This document shows, in pieces, positions 27,434 through 37,018 of a stretch of 64,000 bases of DNA. The first letter of the stretch is position 1, and each line of letters opens with the position of its first letter. Both the position numbers and the translations under genes were made by a program. The stretch lies in contig CAVTAJ010000007.1 of assembly GCA_963732675.1 (NCBI GenBank), positions 67,146 through 131,145 on the forward strand, read 5' to 3'. This DNA is from Nitrospirota bacterium (GTDB lineage Bacteria > Nitrospirota > UBA9217). Below the pieces are notes generated by a model, which was not told where the DNA came from, ran no database searches, and was given only the letters and a program-made list of their open reading frames with translations.

Positions 27434-28827
27434 TCATCTCACCGGTGATACCGAGGCAAGGTCGATGCCGAGCAGGCGGATCTTCTGCTGCAGGTTCTGG
27501 CGATGAACATTCAGGAGCCGCGCAGCCTCGGAGATATTCCCGCCCGACTCCACGAGCGCGGCAATGATCAGGCTCTTCTCGAATTGGCCTTTCGCGTCCT
27601 TGAGCGGCATGATCGGGATCTTCTGCGCCTCGTGGCTCAGCTTCCGGTCTTCGAGGATATATTTTGGCAGATCGTCCTTCTTGATCTCCGGGCCTGCGGT
27701 AAAGGCGATGGCGTACTCGATGGAGTTCTCGAGCTCGCGCACGTTGCCCGGAAAGTGATAAGATCAGGACCGCCTGCATTGCGTCCCGGGCAATGCCGGT
27801 GATCTTCTTTTCCGGCGCCTTGGTCTTGTGCTTTTCGATGAAATGGTTCACGAGCAGCGGGATGTCCTCCTGCCTTCTCCGGAGCGGCGGCAGCTCGATG
27901 GGGATCACGTTCAGACGGTAGTAGAGGTCCTCGCGGAACAGCTTCTCGGCGATCGCCTTTTTCAGGTCCTTGTTCGTGGCAGCGACGACGCGCACGTTCA
28001 CCTTCCTGGTCTGGGTGTCGCCGATGCGCGTGAACTCACCTTCCTGCAAAACCCGCAGGAGCTTCACCTGGAGCGGCGGGGAAAGTTCTCCGATCTCGTC
28101 CAGGAACAGCGTCCCCTTGTCCGCCTCCTCCACCAGCCCCTTCTTGTCCGCGATCGCGCCGGTGAACGAGCCTTTCACATGGCCGAACAGCTCCGACTCG
28201 ATCAGGCCGTCGGGAATGGCGCCGCAGTTCACCGTCACGAACCGCCGCCGCACCCGCACGCTGTTCGAATGGATGGCCCGGGCCACGAGTTCCTTGCCCG
28301 TGCCGCTCTCGCCGGTCACGAGCACATTCGATTCGCTCGACGCCGCGTGGCGCATGACCCGGAAGGTCTCGCGGATCTCTGGGCTGTTGCCGATGATGTT
28401 CTGGAACGAATACCGCGTCTCGATCTGCGACCGGAGCGCGATGTTCTCCCGTTCAAGCCTTCGCTTCTCCAGGGCCCGTCGGAGCGGGATGCGCACTTCA
28501 TCCGGCGTGAAGGGCTTGGGGATGTAGTCGTAGACCCCCTTTTTGACCGCGTCCACGGCCGAGGGGATGGTGCCGAAGGCGGTGATGATGATGAAGATGA
28601 CTGTCCGCGGCGGCATCCCGATGTTGTCGTAGAGCTCAAGCCCGGTCATCTTCGGCATCTTAAGGTCCGAAATGATGAGGTCGTAGATGTTCCTGCTTGA
28701 TGTCTCCGGCAGCGGCCACGCTGTCCGTAAAGGTGGTCACCTCGATCCCTTCGAGCTCGAGAATGGCCCGCACCGCCTCGCATACGCTTGACTCGTCGTC
28801 AACAACAATCGCTTTAAACTTATCCAT
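27434..28827 (-). CDS. NtrC-family sigma54-dependent response regulator (REC + AAA+ + Fis-type HTH; >=2 frameshifts in this assembly)
   Basis: [19 protein letters not shown]... then a frame break, then [13 protein letters not shown]. It has GESGTGKE, the GAFTGA-like GSFTGA, ELFGH and RVVAATN motifs. After another break come [12 protein letters not shown] and the C-terminal [23 protein letters not shown]. The ATG overlaps the stop of the upstream kinase. Confidence 0.85.
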
Positions 28828-30492
28828 AGATCGGCAACCTCACAGTAAAAGTTGTCCCTTTGCCCACGGTGCTTGCGACCTCGATGTCTCCGCCATGCTT
28901 CTTGATGATACCATAACTCACTGCCAGTCCGAGCCCCGTCCCTTTGGTCGCATCCTTGGTGGTGAAGAAGGGGTCGAAGATCTTGTGGAGGTGCTCCTCC
29001 GGGATGCCCGCGCCGGTGTCCGTGAACGACGATCTCAACGCTGCTTCTCGATCCTGTCGCGTGACGACCTCGATCCTTCCCGGCGGTGTTATGGCATGGA
29101 TGGCGTTCAGGAGCAGGTTCATGACCACCTGGCCGATCTGGGCCGGGTCCGCATCGACGTCGGGAAGGTTGTCGCCGAGCTTCATCTCGAGCCCGATGCC
29201 CTTGAACGCGTCCTGGGCCACGAGCGAGTCCGCGATCTCCGTGACCGGCTGGTTGATATTGATCTTCTCGGGCTTGATCACGGTCTCGCGTCCGAAGTTC
29301 AGGAGCTGCCGCACGATGGTGCGCGCCCGGTTCGTCTCCCGGGCCATGAGCTTCAGCTTGTCGTGGCGCGGATCGTCGGGCGGGCACTGCTCCAGCATGA
29401 GGTTCGAGAAGGTCAGGACCGACGTGAGCGGATTGTTGATCTCGTGGGCGATCCCGGCGGCCAGCTTGCCCACAAGCGCCAGTTTTTCCGCTTCCACGAG
29501 CTGGGCCTGCTTCTCCCGCAGCTTCTCGATGGTGTGCTCCAGGGACCAGAGGGCGTTCTTGAGCCGGTCCTCCATCTGGTTGAAGGCGGTCTCGAGCGAA
29601 GAAAGCTCGTCCTTGCCTTTTACTTCAATGTGTTCTGAAAAATCGCCCTCGGCGATTTTTCTCGATATCTTTTCGAGGGTCCGGATCGGTGTCGCAATGC
29701 TCGGTCGCCAGCTTGATATTGATGATCGATCCCGACTACGACGATCAGTGCAAGTGCCATAACCTGCAGATTGATGGACATTTTGATCGTGGTCGCAATA
29801 TCGGCCCGTTCTTTCTTCGAAAGGTTCTGGGTAAAGGCCTGGATCTCCCTTGCCGTCAGGCGCATCTTGTCCAGGGACTGTTTTTCGCTTCGTACAGGTC
29901 ATAGAGCTTGGCAACGAGTGGCCTGATAGTGCTCGGACCTCGGGGTGGGAACTGAGCGGTGAAGCATCATAGGTCCGCTTGAACACATCATAGACTTCCT
30001 TGTTCTTGTACAGCATGACGTTCTTCTCGTACCGTCTCAGCACCAGGAGCGACTGGAGTTCCGCGCCGGTGACGGCCAGCTCCGTCTGCCGGCCCCGCTT
30101 CCCGGACCAGAGCCTCCTGCTCTTTCTGTGCGTAAAGTTTTCGGCTATGGCGGTGACCAGCCGCTCGTACTCGGCGATGGCCGACTTCATCATCGTATAA
30201 TTGTCGCTGCCGATCTCGATGGACGATCTCCGTCTGGATGGCCGCAATGCTGTTTTTAAAGGACACCGAGATATTTTTGCAGTTCCTCGAGACTTTCCCT
30301 GTCCTTGAACAGCAGGAAGTTCTTTTCATACCGCCGAACTTCGAGGATGGTATTGGTGATGTCGTCCGCCGTCTCGACCAGGATGAGCTGCGGTGCTATC
30401 GTACGGAGATCTTTATAGGCAAAAAAACCGAGAATGACTGCAAGGAGGATATAGAGTCCGAAACCAAGGAAAAGTTTGTCCCGAATCTTCAT
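28820..30492 (-). CDS. Sensor histidine kinase (2 TM, helical periplasmic sensor, HAMP, HisKA, HATPase; >=4 frameshifts in this assembly)
   Basis: MKIRDKLFLGFGLYILLAVILGFFAY and two RRYEKN-containing sensor helices. TM2 (INLQVMALALIVVVG) is in another frame. It also has HAMP, the H-box AAGIAHEINNPL, and the N/G boxes NLLLNAIHA, DTGAGI and GTGLGL. Confidence 0.8.
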
Positions 30493-30520
30493 AGAATGAC
30501 ATTATAGCGTAAGCCGGTTT

Positions 30521-30559
30521 AAAAAGAAACAGGGGTTCGATGTTTCCACCGAACCCCTG
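30521..30559 (-). terminator. Rho-independent terminator ending the GntR-TSUP-Usp operon
   Basis: The minus strand reads caggggttcg gtggaaacat cgaacccctg followed by tttcttttt. Confidence 0.8.
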
Positions 30560-30572
30560 TCAACAAAGCTCC

Positions 30573-31017
30573 TTATATCCAGGAAGGCTCCCGGACCACG
30601 TACACGCACGACGGACTGTGGCGCACCACATTCTCCGCCACACTCCCAAGATGGAAACGCTGGTTCGCGCTTCTCCCTCTGCTGCCGATCACGATGAGGT
30701 CGATCTTTTCCTTTTCAGCATAGGATACGATTTCCATGGCCGGCGAGGGCGCCGTTGCCAGGACCGAAGTTCACCTTGCTCACGCCAAGGGACTTCATCT
30801 GCTCCTTTGCCTTTGCCAGCAGTTCCTCGCCCCGGCTCTTCATGCTTTCGAGCAGCCGGTCGCGGTCTGAAGCGGAAAGTTCGAGGTCGATGTCCGCCAC
30901 CGACGGGATGACCGTTATAAGGGTCAGCTGCGCATCTTTTGTTTTTGCGTAATGCGATGCCACCTTGATGCCTTCTGATGAGTGTTTGGATCCGTCAACC
31001 GGTACCAATACTTTCAT
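30573..31017 (-). CDS. Universal stress protein UspA family (1 frameshift near 30770)
   Basis: MKVLVPVDGSKHSSEGIKVASHYAKTKDAQLTLITVIP. After VSKVNF the frame breaks into VLATAPSPAMEIVSYAEKEKIDLIVIGSRGRSANQRFHLGSVAENVVRHSPSCVYVVRE (ATP motif present). Confidence 0.8.
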
Positions 31018-31025
31018 GTCCCCTC

Positions 31026-31741
31026 CTATACCTCTTTTTTCACTTTGGCTTTTTTCATGGTAAGGCCGATGCCGTCGAACATGTAGAAGATGGCAAAACC
31101 CCACCACATGGTGTAGACCACATAGAACACGAGCAGACCGGTCATGATACCGGCCTTGTCCACGACCTTCTGCGCCTCGATCTTGTAGTAATTATAGGCC
31201 GGCTCCACGGCCTTTTTCATCACATCGGAGACGATCTTCGCATCCTCGATCTTGCCCTGCTTCTTGAGCGCCTTGTCCACGCCCTTGAGCATGTTATGCC
31301 AGGACTCCATGACCTTTTTTTCGTCGACCCCGTAGCGGGCGGCGACCGCGGCGCCGTTGTTTTTATACATATCGTCCGAGTCCTGGAGGATCTTCGCCAT
31401 AAGCGCGCCGAGGTTGCCGTTGATCTGGAGCTCGGGATTCGCGTTTTTCGCTTCTATCCCCGCGGCGGCAAGAAGCTTCATTGTGCCGTCGATCTGCTCC
31501 GGCTTTTCAAACTTCACGCTCACCGCGATGGCGGTATTCGCGAACTTCTCATTGCTCTTCGTAACTTTGGGTATAAAGTAGGACGATCCTTTCGAAAGCT
31601 TGTTGAACATATCGTCGGCGTATACGAGCCCGTTCTTGCCTTCGCCGAAGACAGGCGAGAAGATAAGCGCGAGCACGCCGGCAAACGTCAACGCCAAGGA
31701 ACGCTCCGGTGACAAATGTGGATTTTATTTTTTACGATCAT
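31026..31741 (-). CDS. Hypothetical ~235-aa protein with N-terminal signal/anchor and C-terminal TM helix (1 frameshift in an A-run near 31725)
   Basis: GAGGAGG RBS before the ATG at 31741 (MIVKNKIH), then the frame breaks into SPERSLALTFAGVLALIFSPVFGEGKNG. The body is Lys/Ala-rich and soluble. The C-terminus GIMTGLLVFYVVYTMWWGFAIFYMFDGIG is hydrophobic. I recognise no family. Confidence 0.55.
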
Positions 31742-31743
31742 GG

Positions 31744-32992
31744 CTATGCCTCCTCGCCTGAGTGTTTTAATGTTCGCAAAGAACTTGCTGAAGATCCAGA
31801 GCCCGAAGATAGCGACCACGATCCAGAAGACGACGTTGCCGACGGATCTCGATGGCATTGACGCTGGCCTTGGACATATCGATCATACTCAAGCTCCACC
31901 ATCTTCTTGGGCAGCGTGGCGGCGCGGTTGATGAATCCCGCGATGATCGAGACGGCATAGAAACCGCGGATCTGGATGCCCTTCACCACCTTGGTCGTGA
32001 GCGCGCCGACCTGGATGCCGATGAGCGAGCCGATCAGCATGCCCATGGCCAGCGTATAGAACACATACCCGTAGATGGCGTACTGCGCGATGGAGGCCAG
32101 GCCGGCGGTAAAGATGATCTGAAGAATATCCGTGCCGACGGTCGTTGCCGTGGACACGCCGAAGATGTACACGAACATGGGGAAGGTGACGAACCCGCCG
32201 CCGACGCCCATGATGGCGGCCAGGATGCCGACGACCACACCGCCCATGGCGATAAACACGCCGGAGATCTTCTTGCCGCCCTCGACATAATCTTCGTCAA
32301 AGGTGATCATGGGCGGGATATTCATTTTCTGGAGCTTTATCGCGAAGTCGGTCGTGCCCGAGGACCCGCCGTGGGCGTCGCCGCCCGTTGCATTGCGGGA
32401 TTTCCAGAAGTCCATCATCGCATAAAAACCGAGGAAGCCGAGCAGGACGGCATAGACCAGGCTGATGAACGCTTCGGACAGGAGCGGGTCCTTGTCATAG
32501 AGGAACTTGTTGATGGAGCCGCCGATGAAGGTGCCGCCGCCCGAACCGACGAGGAACGCTATTGCCAGCTTCATGGACACGTTGCCGAGCTTCTTGTGCA
32601 CCGTGGTGCCCATGATGGCCTTGGCGAAGATGTGGAACACGTCGGTGCCCACTGCCAGGATGCCCTTGACGCCGGCGGCCATCAGCGCCGGGGTGATGAT
32701 GAATCCGCCGCCCGCGCCGATGCAGCCGGTGATCAGTCCCGCGGCCAGGCCGATGGCGATGGACACCACAAAGATGCTGGTCGGAATAGAAAGCCGGTGC
32801 ATAGGCGGTTTTTCCGCCGAGCATGCTGCCTGCCTCCACCCACGATACTGCCACGATCGGCAGGAGCAGCAGCAGCAGGATCCACATCTTCTTCCGGTTG
32901 TGGATGATGCTCATGGAGACCTCATAGTCCCATTTGGCGTGCGCGACCGACGCCGCTTTGAGATATTCGTACGTGTTTCTCATTACTCCCAT
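31744..32992 (-). CDS. TSUP (TauE/SafE, DUF81) family anion permease, long form (>=3 frameshifts; 3' end uncertain)
   Basis: Two halves each carry the GxGGG pattern (GCIGAGGGFIITPALM and IMGVGGGFVTFPMFV). The N-terminal extension MGVMRNTYEYLKAAS...MWILLLLLLPIVAV is in another frame. The C-terminal helix VVFWIVVAIFGLWIFSKFF is in a third frame. Confidence 0.75.
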
Positions 32993-33026
32993 GTCAAACC
33001 CTCCTTTGTAGTATTGGTACTATTGA

Positions 33027-33767
33027 TCAGGTGATCTGTATCAGTTCGGTCTGTATCTTGTACTTCCTGCCGCCTCCCATCAGCCGGGTATAGGCAATAG
33101 GCTGCCCATCAATCCCGACAAGAAGCCGGTGCAGCAGAAGCACCGGCGTGCCCTTGACAACCTTGAGGATCGAGGCGGCATCGTCGGTCATTTCCGAGAT
33201 CTCGATCATCTGGACCACCTTAAAGATCTTTTTCACAGCATTCTGCTGCATCATTTCGTAAAAAGGGGTCTGGCAGACCTCCAGCTCGGCGATGTCGGGA
33301 ACGCTCTCGAGCGGAATAAACGACTCCTCAAGGTATGCCGGCTCATTGTTCACGACCCGTTTGCAGAGAATATAGTAGATGTCGCTGTCGGTCTTGAGAT
33401 ATCCTTTCACGTCCTCAGCCGGCACCTTGATCCCCTTTACCAGAAGCTCCTTGCGCGCGCTCACCCCCTCCCCAAACATATCTTCGGTCAATTGCGTCTT
33501 CATGGTAATGCCCAGATCCGGCAAAGAATGCATCACAAACGTGCCTTTGCCCTGCAGTTTTTTGAGATAACCGCTCCGCACCAGATCGGCTATGGCCATC
33601 CGGACCGTTGCCTTGCTGACATCGTAGGTTCTGCAGAGATCATCTTCAGTAGGGATCTGCGAACCGACAGGCCATTCGCGCTTCTCGATCTTCTCCTTGA
33701 GAATCGAGAACATCTGTACATACAGTTTTTGCTGACTTTCTCGATCAACCGTTTTTTCTATCAACAT
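33027..33767 (-). CDS. GntR-family transcriptional regulator, HutC/UTRA subfamily
   Basis: 246 aa, intact. It has the winged HTH QIPTEDDLCRTYDVSKATVRMAIADLVRSGYLKKLQGKGTFV and a C-terminal UTRA-like effector domain. Confidence 0.85.
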   Translation of the reverse strand: MLIEKTVDRESQQKLYVQMFSILKEKIEKREWPVGSQIPTEDDLCRTYDVSKATVRMAIADLVRSGYLKKLQGKGTFVMHSLPDLGITMKTQLTEDMFGEGVSARKELLVKGIKVPAEDVKGYLKTDSDIYYILCKRVVNNEPAYLEESFIPLESVPDIAELEVCQTPFYEMMQQNAVKKIFKVVQMIEISEMTDDAASILKVVKGTPVLLLHRLLVGIDGQPIAYTRLMGGGRKYKIQTELIQIT

Positions 33768-33807
33768 AAGATTATTTCGTCAGATTGTTATAATGTATTT
33801 TCCTGGA

Positions 33808-33846
33808 CAAAAAAATTCGGGGTCTTCTTTTCAGGAAATCCCGAAT
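33808..33846 (-). terminator. Rho-independent terminator directly after micro-ORF 2
   Basis: The minus strand reads attcggga tttcctgaaaagaagac cccgaat followed by ttttttt. This separates the micro-ORF transcript from the GntR operon. Confidence 0.75.
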
Positions 33847-33901
33847 CACCAGCCTGGCCACCAGGTTGGGAGGAAACAAATCGCTCTGCAAAGATCGATT
33901 G

Positions 33902-34051
33902 TTATCTTCCGGTAGCAGGAGCAGAGGCTGCTATCTTTTCTTCCTGCGGCAGCTCGTTGGAAGCGATCCTATTCGCCTCATCAAATTCTCCTGCTTCTGC
34001 AAAAGTGATTGCTACCATGACGTCTTCAAGCATTTTCATGAGTTTTTGCAT
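33902..34051 (-). CDS. Micro-ORF 2 (49 aa), unknown function, conserved N-terminal motif shared with 26058-26192
   Basis: GGAGG RBS 6 nt before the ATG at 34051. MQKLMKMLEDVMVAITFAEAGEFDEANRIASNELPQEEKIAASAPATGR. It has a sigma54-type promoter upstream and its own terminator downstream. Confidence 0.5.
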   Translation of the reverse strand: MQKLMKMLEDVMVAITFAEAGEFDEANRIASNELPQEEKIAASAPATGR

Positions 34052-34084
34052 TGGAAGCCTCCATGACCGATCTACATTATCCAA

Positions 34085-34100
34085 TACAAGAGGCGTGCCA
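34085..34100 (-). promoter_or_regulatory. Sigma54-type (-24/-12) promoter upstream of micro-ORF 2
   Basis: The minus strand reads TGGCACG CCTC TTGTA. The -24 element is perfect and the spacing correct. The -12 element is TTGT instead of TTGC, which may be a real deviation or a consensus error. Confidence 0.5.
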
Positions 34101-34160
34101 GATTTTATCTTTTTGATATTATTGATTTTATTATTGAACGCTATAAAGCGTAGCAATTTA

Positions 34161-34243
34161 ATGTTGCATGATTTGGGTATGAGATGAGGCTTCCTGGGGG
34201 ATATAGGTGCAGTAAAATGTTGCGTTATTGTAGGTTATGTTGC
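34161..34243. promoter_or_regulatory. Three direct ATGTTGC repeats (GCAACAT on the minus strand), candidate enhancer (UAS) for the adjacent sigma54 activator
   Basis: atgttgc at 34161, 34217 and 34237, 60-140 nt upstream of the sigma54 promoter and overlapping the 3' end of the activator gene. The same heptamer recurs at 36673-36703. Confidence 0.4.
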
Positions 34244-35542
34244 AATCTTATATTGTTTTATTTTTCTCTGAAGCTGCTGGCGGAATATCCCGAGAGCCGT
34301 TGCTGCACGGGAGATGTTTCCGTTGGACTCGAGGAGTGCGGCAGAAATCGTTTCCTTTTCCGTGGTCTCGATGGCATCTCGAAGACGCTGTGCAGCGGGC
34401 CGGGGCTTGGCAGGGGCAGATTGAAGAAGATAAGGGGGAAGATCGGCTGGCAGAATCTCCGAGGAATTGGCAAAGGATATGGCGCGCTCGATGATGTTCT
34501 CAAGCTCCCGCACATTGCCGGGATAGGTGTGGTTCATGAGGATGTTCAGGGCATCATTCGTGATGCCCTTGATCATGATGTCTTTTCTCTTGGCCGCGTG
34601 TTCCTGGATCAAAGTGCTTGGTAAGCAGCGGCACATCCTCCATCCGGTCCCGGAGCGGCGGCAGATGGATGTTGATGACGTTCAGGCGGTAGAAGAGGTC
34701 TTCCCGGAAGGTGCCGCGCTGGCATGCCGTCTTGAGGTCAACGTTCGTGGCAACAATGATAGCGCACATCCACGTTCAGATGCCGCATCCCACCGATGCG
34801 CATGATCTCCCCTTCCTGGAGAACCCGCAGGACCTTGGTCTGGAACAATGGCGAGACATCGCCGATCTCGTCGAAAAACACCGTGCCGCCGTCGGCCTGT
34901 TCGAGAAGGCCTTTCTTCATATACTGAGCGCCGGTAAACGCGCCTTTCTCAAAGCCGAAGAGCTCGGATTCGAGCAGGGTGTCGGGGATGGCGCTGCAGT
35001 TGATGGTCATGAACGACTTATCGCTCCGCGGGCTCCACCGATGGATCGCCCGGGCGATCAGCTCCTTGCCCGTGCCGCTCTCGCCGGTGATCAGCACATT
35101 GCTCTCGCTCGCTGCGGCCTTCTTGATAAGCCCGAAGACATCCTGCATGGGCTTGCTCATCCCGATGATCTCGTCGAATCCGTACTTATGGTTCAGGATC
35201 TGCTTCTTGTGCTTCTCGATGACCAGGTTCAGCCCGTCACCAGTCAGGGGCTTTTCCAGATAATCAGCATGCGCCGAGCTTCATGGCCTCCACAGCCTTT
35301 TTCAGGTCAGGAAGCGAAAACGCGATGACCGGCATGCTATGCCGGACATCGAGCAGCCGTTGCTGCCAGTTCTCTGTATCGAGGTCCAGGAAGGCGATAT
35401 CGTAGCCTTCCACATTCGGCGGAGCTGTCTCAGAAGCGCTGTTCGGCTTTGACGGGTTTTGCGCATCAGAACTGAATCCCGCTGCCTTGAACAGGGACGC
35501 GATGTTCTTCGCTTCATCGGATATGATGAGAATGTTGAGCAT
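34235..35542 (-). CDS. Sigma54-dependent transcriptional activator (divergent receiver-like N-domain + AAA+ + HTH; >=3 frameshifts in this assembly)
   Basis: [18 protein letters not shown]...DIAFLDLD (REC-like), then breaks. It has [31 protein letters not shown], and [15 protein letters not shown] with the C-terminal [23 protein letters not shown]. Contiguous homology runs across four frames. Confidence 0.8.
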
Positions 35543-35698
35543 AGCATCACACGTCAGCCACTGAAGCAATCGAGAGAAGTACCTCCTTTGACACTGATTT
35601 GCACCGATTGATTATGAGGAAACAAGACCATGTCCTCTTATAAAAATCCGATGCTTCAGTGTCAAAGACTTTCTCCGTGTTCTTAGCGGGTTATGGTA

Positions 35699-36594
35699 TT
35701 ATTTCCCCTTCACCACCAGCACCGCGCAGGATGCCAGTACGATCACACGCTCGGCCACGCTGCCCATGAGGAGCCTTTCCAAGCCGGTCCGGCCGTGGCT
35801 TCCCAGCACGATGAGGTCCGCGTTCTTGTCCTTGGCAATCTCGATGATGGCATCGGCGGGCTTGCCGCTCATGACAAAGGCTTTTACCGCGACACCCTCT
35901 TTCTGCGCCGCCTCTTTCACTGCCTTGACGTTCTTTTCCGCCTCGTGCATCTCTTTATCCGCAATGAGCTCCTCGCTGGGCCACGGTGAAGTCGATGTCC
36001 GTGGGCGTCATGAGCTCTGATGGAACCACACTGATGACCGTCAGCTCGCTGTTGTTCTGCTTCGCAAGCCCGATGGCCTCGGACGCCGCCGCACGCGAGT
36101 ATTTCGAGCCGTCAGTCGCAACAACGATGCTCTTGAACTCCACCTGCGCCGCCTTTGGCACGACGAGCACGTTGCATGGCGCATGGCCGATGACGCGCGA
36201 CGTGACACTCCCCATCATGAGCCGCTTGAACCCCGAACGGCCGCGCCTGCCCATGACGATCATCGTGATCTTGTTCTTGACCGCTTCATCGACAATATAT
36301 TTATAGGAATCCTCGCCTGCACGGATGATAATGTTGCACTCGACGCCCTCTTTCTTTGCCCGCGCTTGGATCGCCTCAAGGTGTTCCCGCGCGGACTTTT
36401 CCGCCTTTTCCGTGACCTGGGGTGCGATGGCTTCCAACTCGGGGTTCGTTTCGATCACGGATATTGCCGCGAGCTCTGTTCGAGCATTTCTTTGCGAGCT
36501 TGATCGATTCCCCTATGGCCCCTTCACTGAACTCAGATCCATCCGTTGCGAGAAGCAGCGTTTCAACCCGTATGGTGGGACAGATTTCAGCCAT
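35699..36594 (-). CDS. Tandem universal stress protein (two UspA domains; 2 frameshifts in this assembly)
   Basis: VETLLLATDGSEFSEGAIGESIKLAKK, ...ITMIVMGRRGRSGFKRLMMGSVTSRVIGHAPCNVLVV, ...IVVATDGSKYSRAAA and ...ADLIVLGSHGRTGLERLLMGSVAERV. Both ATP motifs are present. Three frames are involved. Confidence 0.8.
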
Positions 36595-36672
36595 GATAGT
36601 ATTCTCCTTTTGTAATATTACTTGATATTAATCAGGCACGATCACTTTAAATCGGATAAAGCCCGCCACATA

Positions 36673-36703
36673 ATGTTGCCTCGTAGTGTTGCACCATGCA
36701 ACA
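36673..36703. promoter_or_regulatory. ATGTTGC / GTGTTGCACCATGCAACA motif cluster upstream of the tandem-Usp/activator operon
   Basis: atgttgc (36673), gtgttgc (36686) and the inverted tgcaaca (36697) form a GTTGCA-N3-TGCAAC palindrome. This is the same heptamer as the repeats at 34161-34243, and TGCACCA is also shared with 25852 and 25929. Confidence 0.35.
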
Positions 36704-36830
36704 AACTTGTACAATCATAATATCTCTTATGGCGGATGTCAACTGATGAAATGTTTTTAGGACGAAAATGAAGCTCTTTTTAGAAGCGGGTGATGGGTCG
36801 TGCGGGGCTGAGACTGGAGGTGTTAGATAA

Positions 36831-36906
36831 TGGTGGTCCCAACGGGAATCGAACCCGTGTCTCCGGCGTGAGAGGCCAGCGTCCTAGGCCGCTAGACGAT
36901 GGGACC
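36831..36906 (-). tRNA. tRNA-Glu (anticodon CTC)
   Basis: GGTCCCATCGTCTAGCGGCCTAGGACGCTGGCCTCTCACGCCGGAGACACGGGTTCGATTCCCGTTGGGACCACCA. It folds as a cloverleaf, has anticodon loop CTCTCAC and an encoded CCA. Confidence 0.9.
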
Positions 36907-36921
36907 TGCTTGGTGAGGCGT

Positions 36922-37018
36922 CAGATTGAAAATTGCAGATTGAAAATTGTAAAGTGAAGAATGTCGATTGATTTGCCACGATTCTAAATTTGAAATTTTC
37001 AATCTTCATTTTACAATC
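36922..37018. repeat. tRNA-Glu/tRNA-Gln spacer element: 14-mer tandem repeat with 7-nt TG periodicity plus an inverted partial copy
   Basis: cagattgaaaattg x2 then taaagtgaagaatg; every 7-mer ends in TG. Further right, gaaattttcaatcttcattttacaatc is the inverted counterpart of gattgaaaatt and attgtaaagtgaaga. Confidence 0.8.

Noticed and set aside
30493-30530. A perfect TATAAT (minus strand, 30506-30501) only 8 nt before the kinase ATG, suggesting a leaderless mRNA.
   Set aside because: The -35 region is poor and overlaps the preceding terminator T-run. The kinase start itself is uncertain because of multiple frame breaks. The evidence is too weak to report as a feature.
36629-36830. A possible third micro-ORF module. 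aatcaggcacgatcacttt resembles the locus-1 promoter aatcaggcatgaccattgc (19/24), and a 20-aa ORF MKLFLEAGDGSCGAETGGVR (36768-36830) contains F-L-E-A-G.
   Set aside because: The -12 position reads TT rather than GC. The spacing to the ORF is 133 nt. The peptide lacks the M-x-E-D...V-A core at the right distance, and the ORF runs straight into the tRNA-Glu 3' end. At best it is a decayed relic.
24994-36906. The sigma54/Usp island as a tRNA-Glu-integrated mobile genomic island.
   Set aside because: There is no integrase, no direct repeat of the tRNA 3' end, and the composition is similar to the flanks. Adjacency to the tRNA is probably coincidental.
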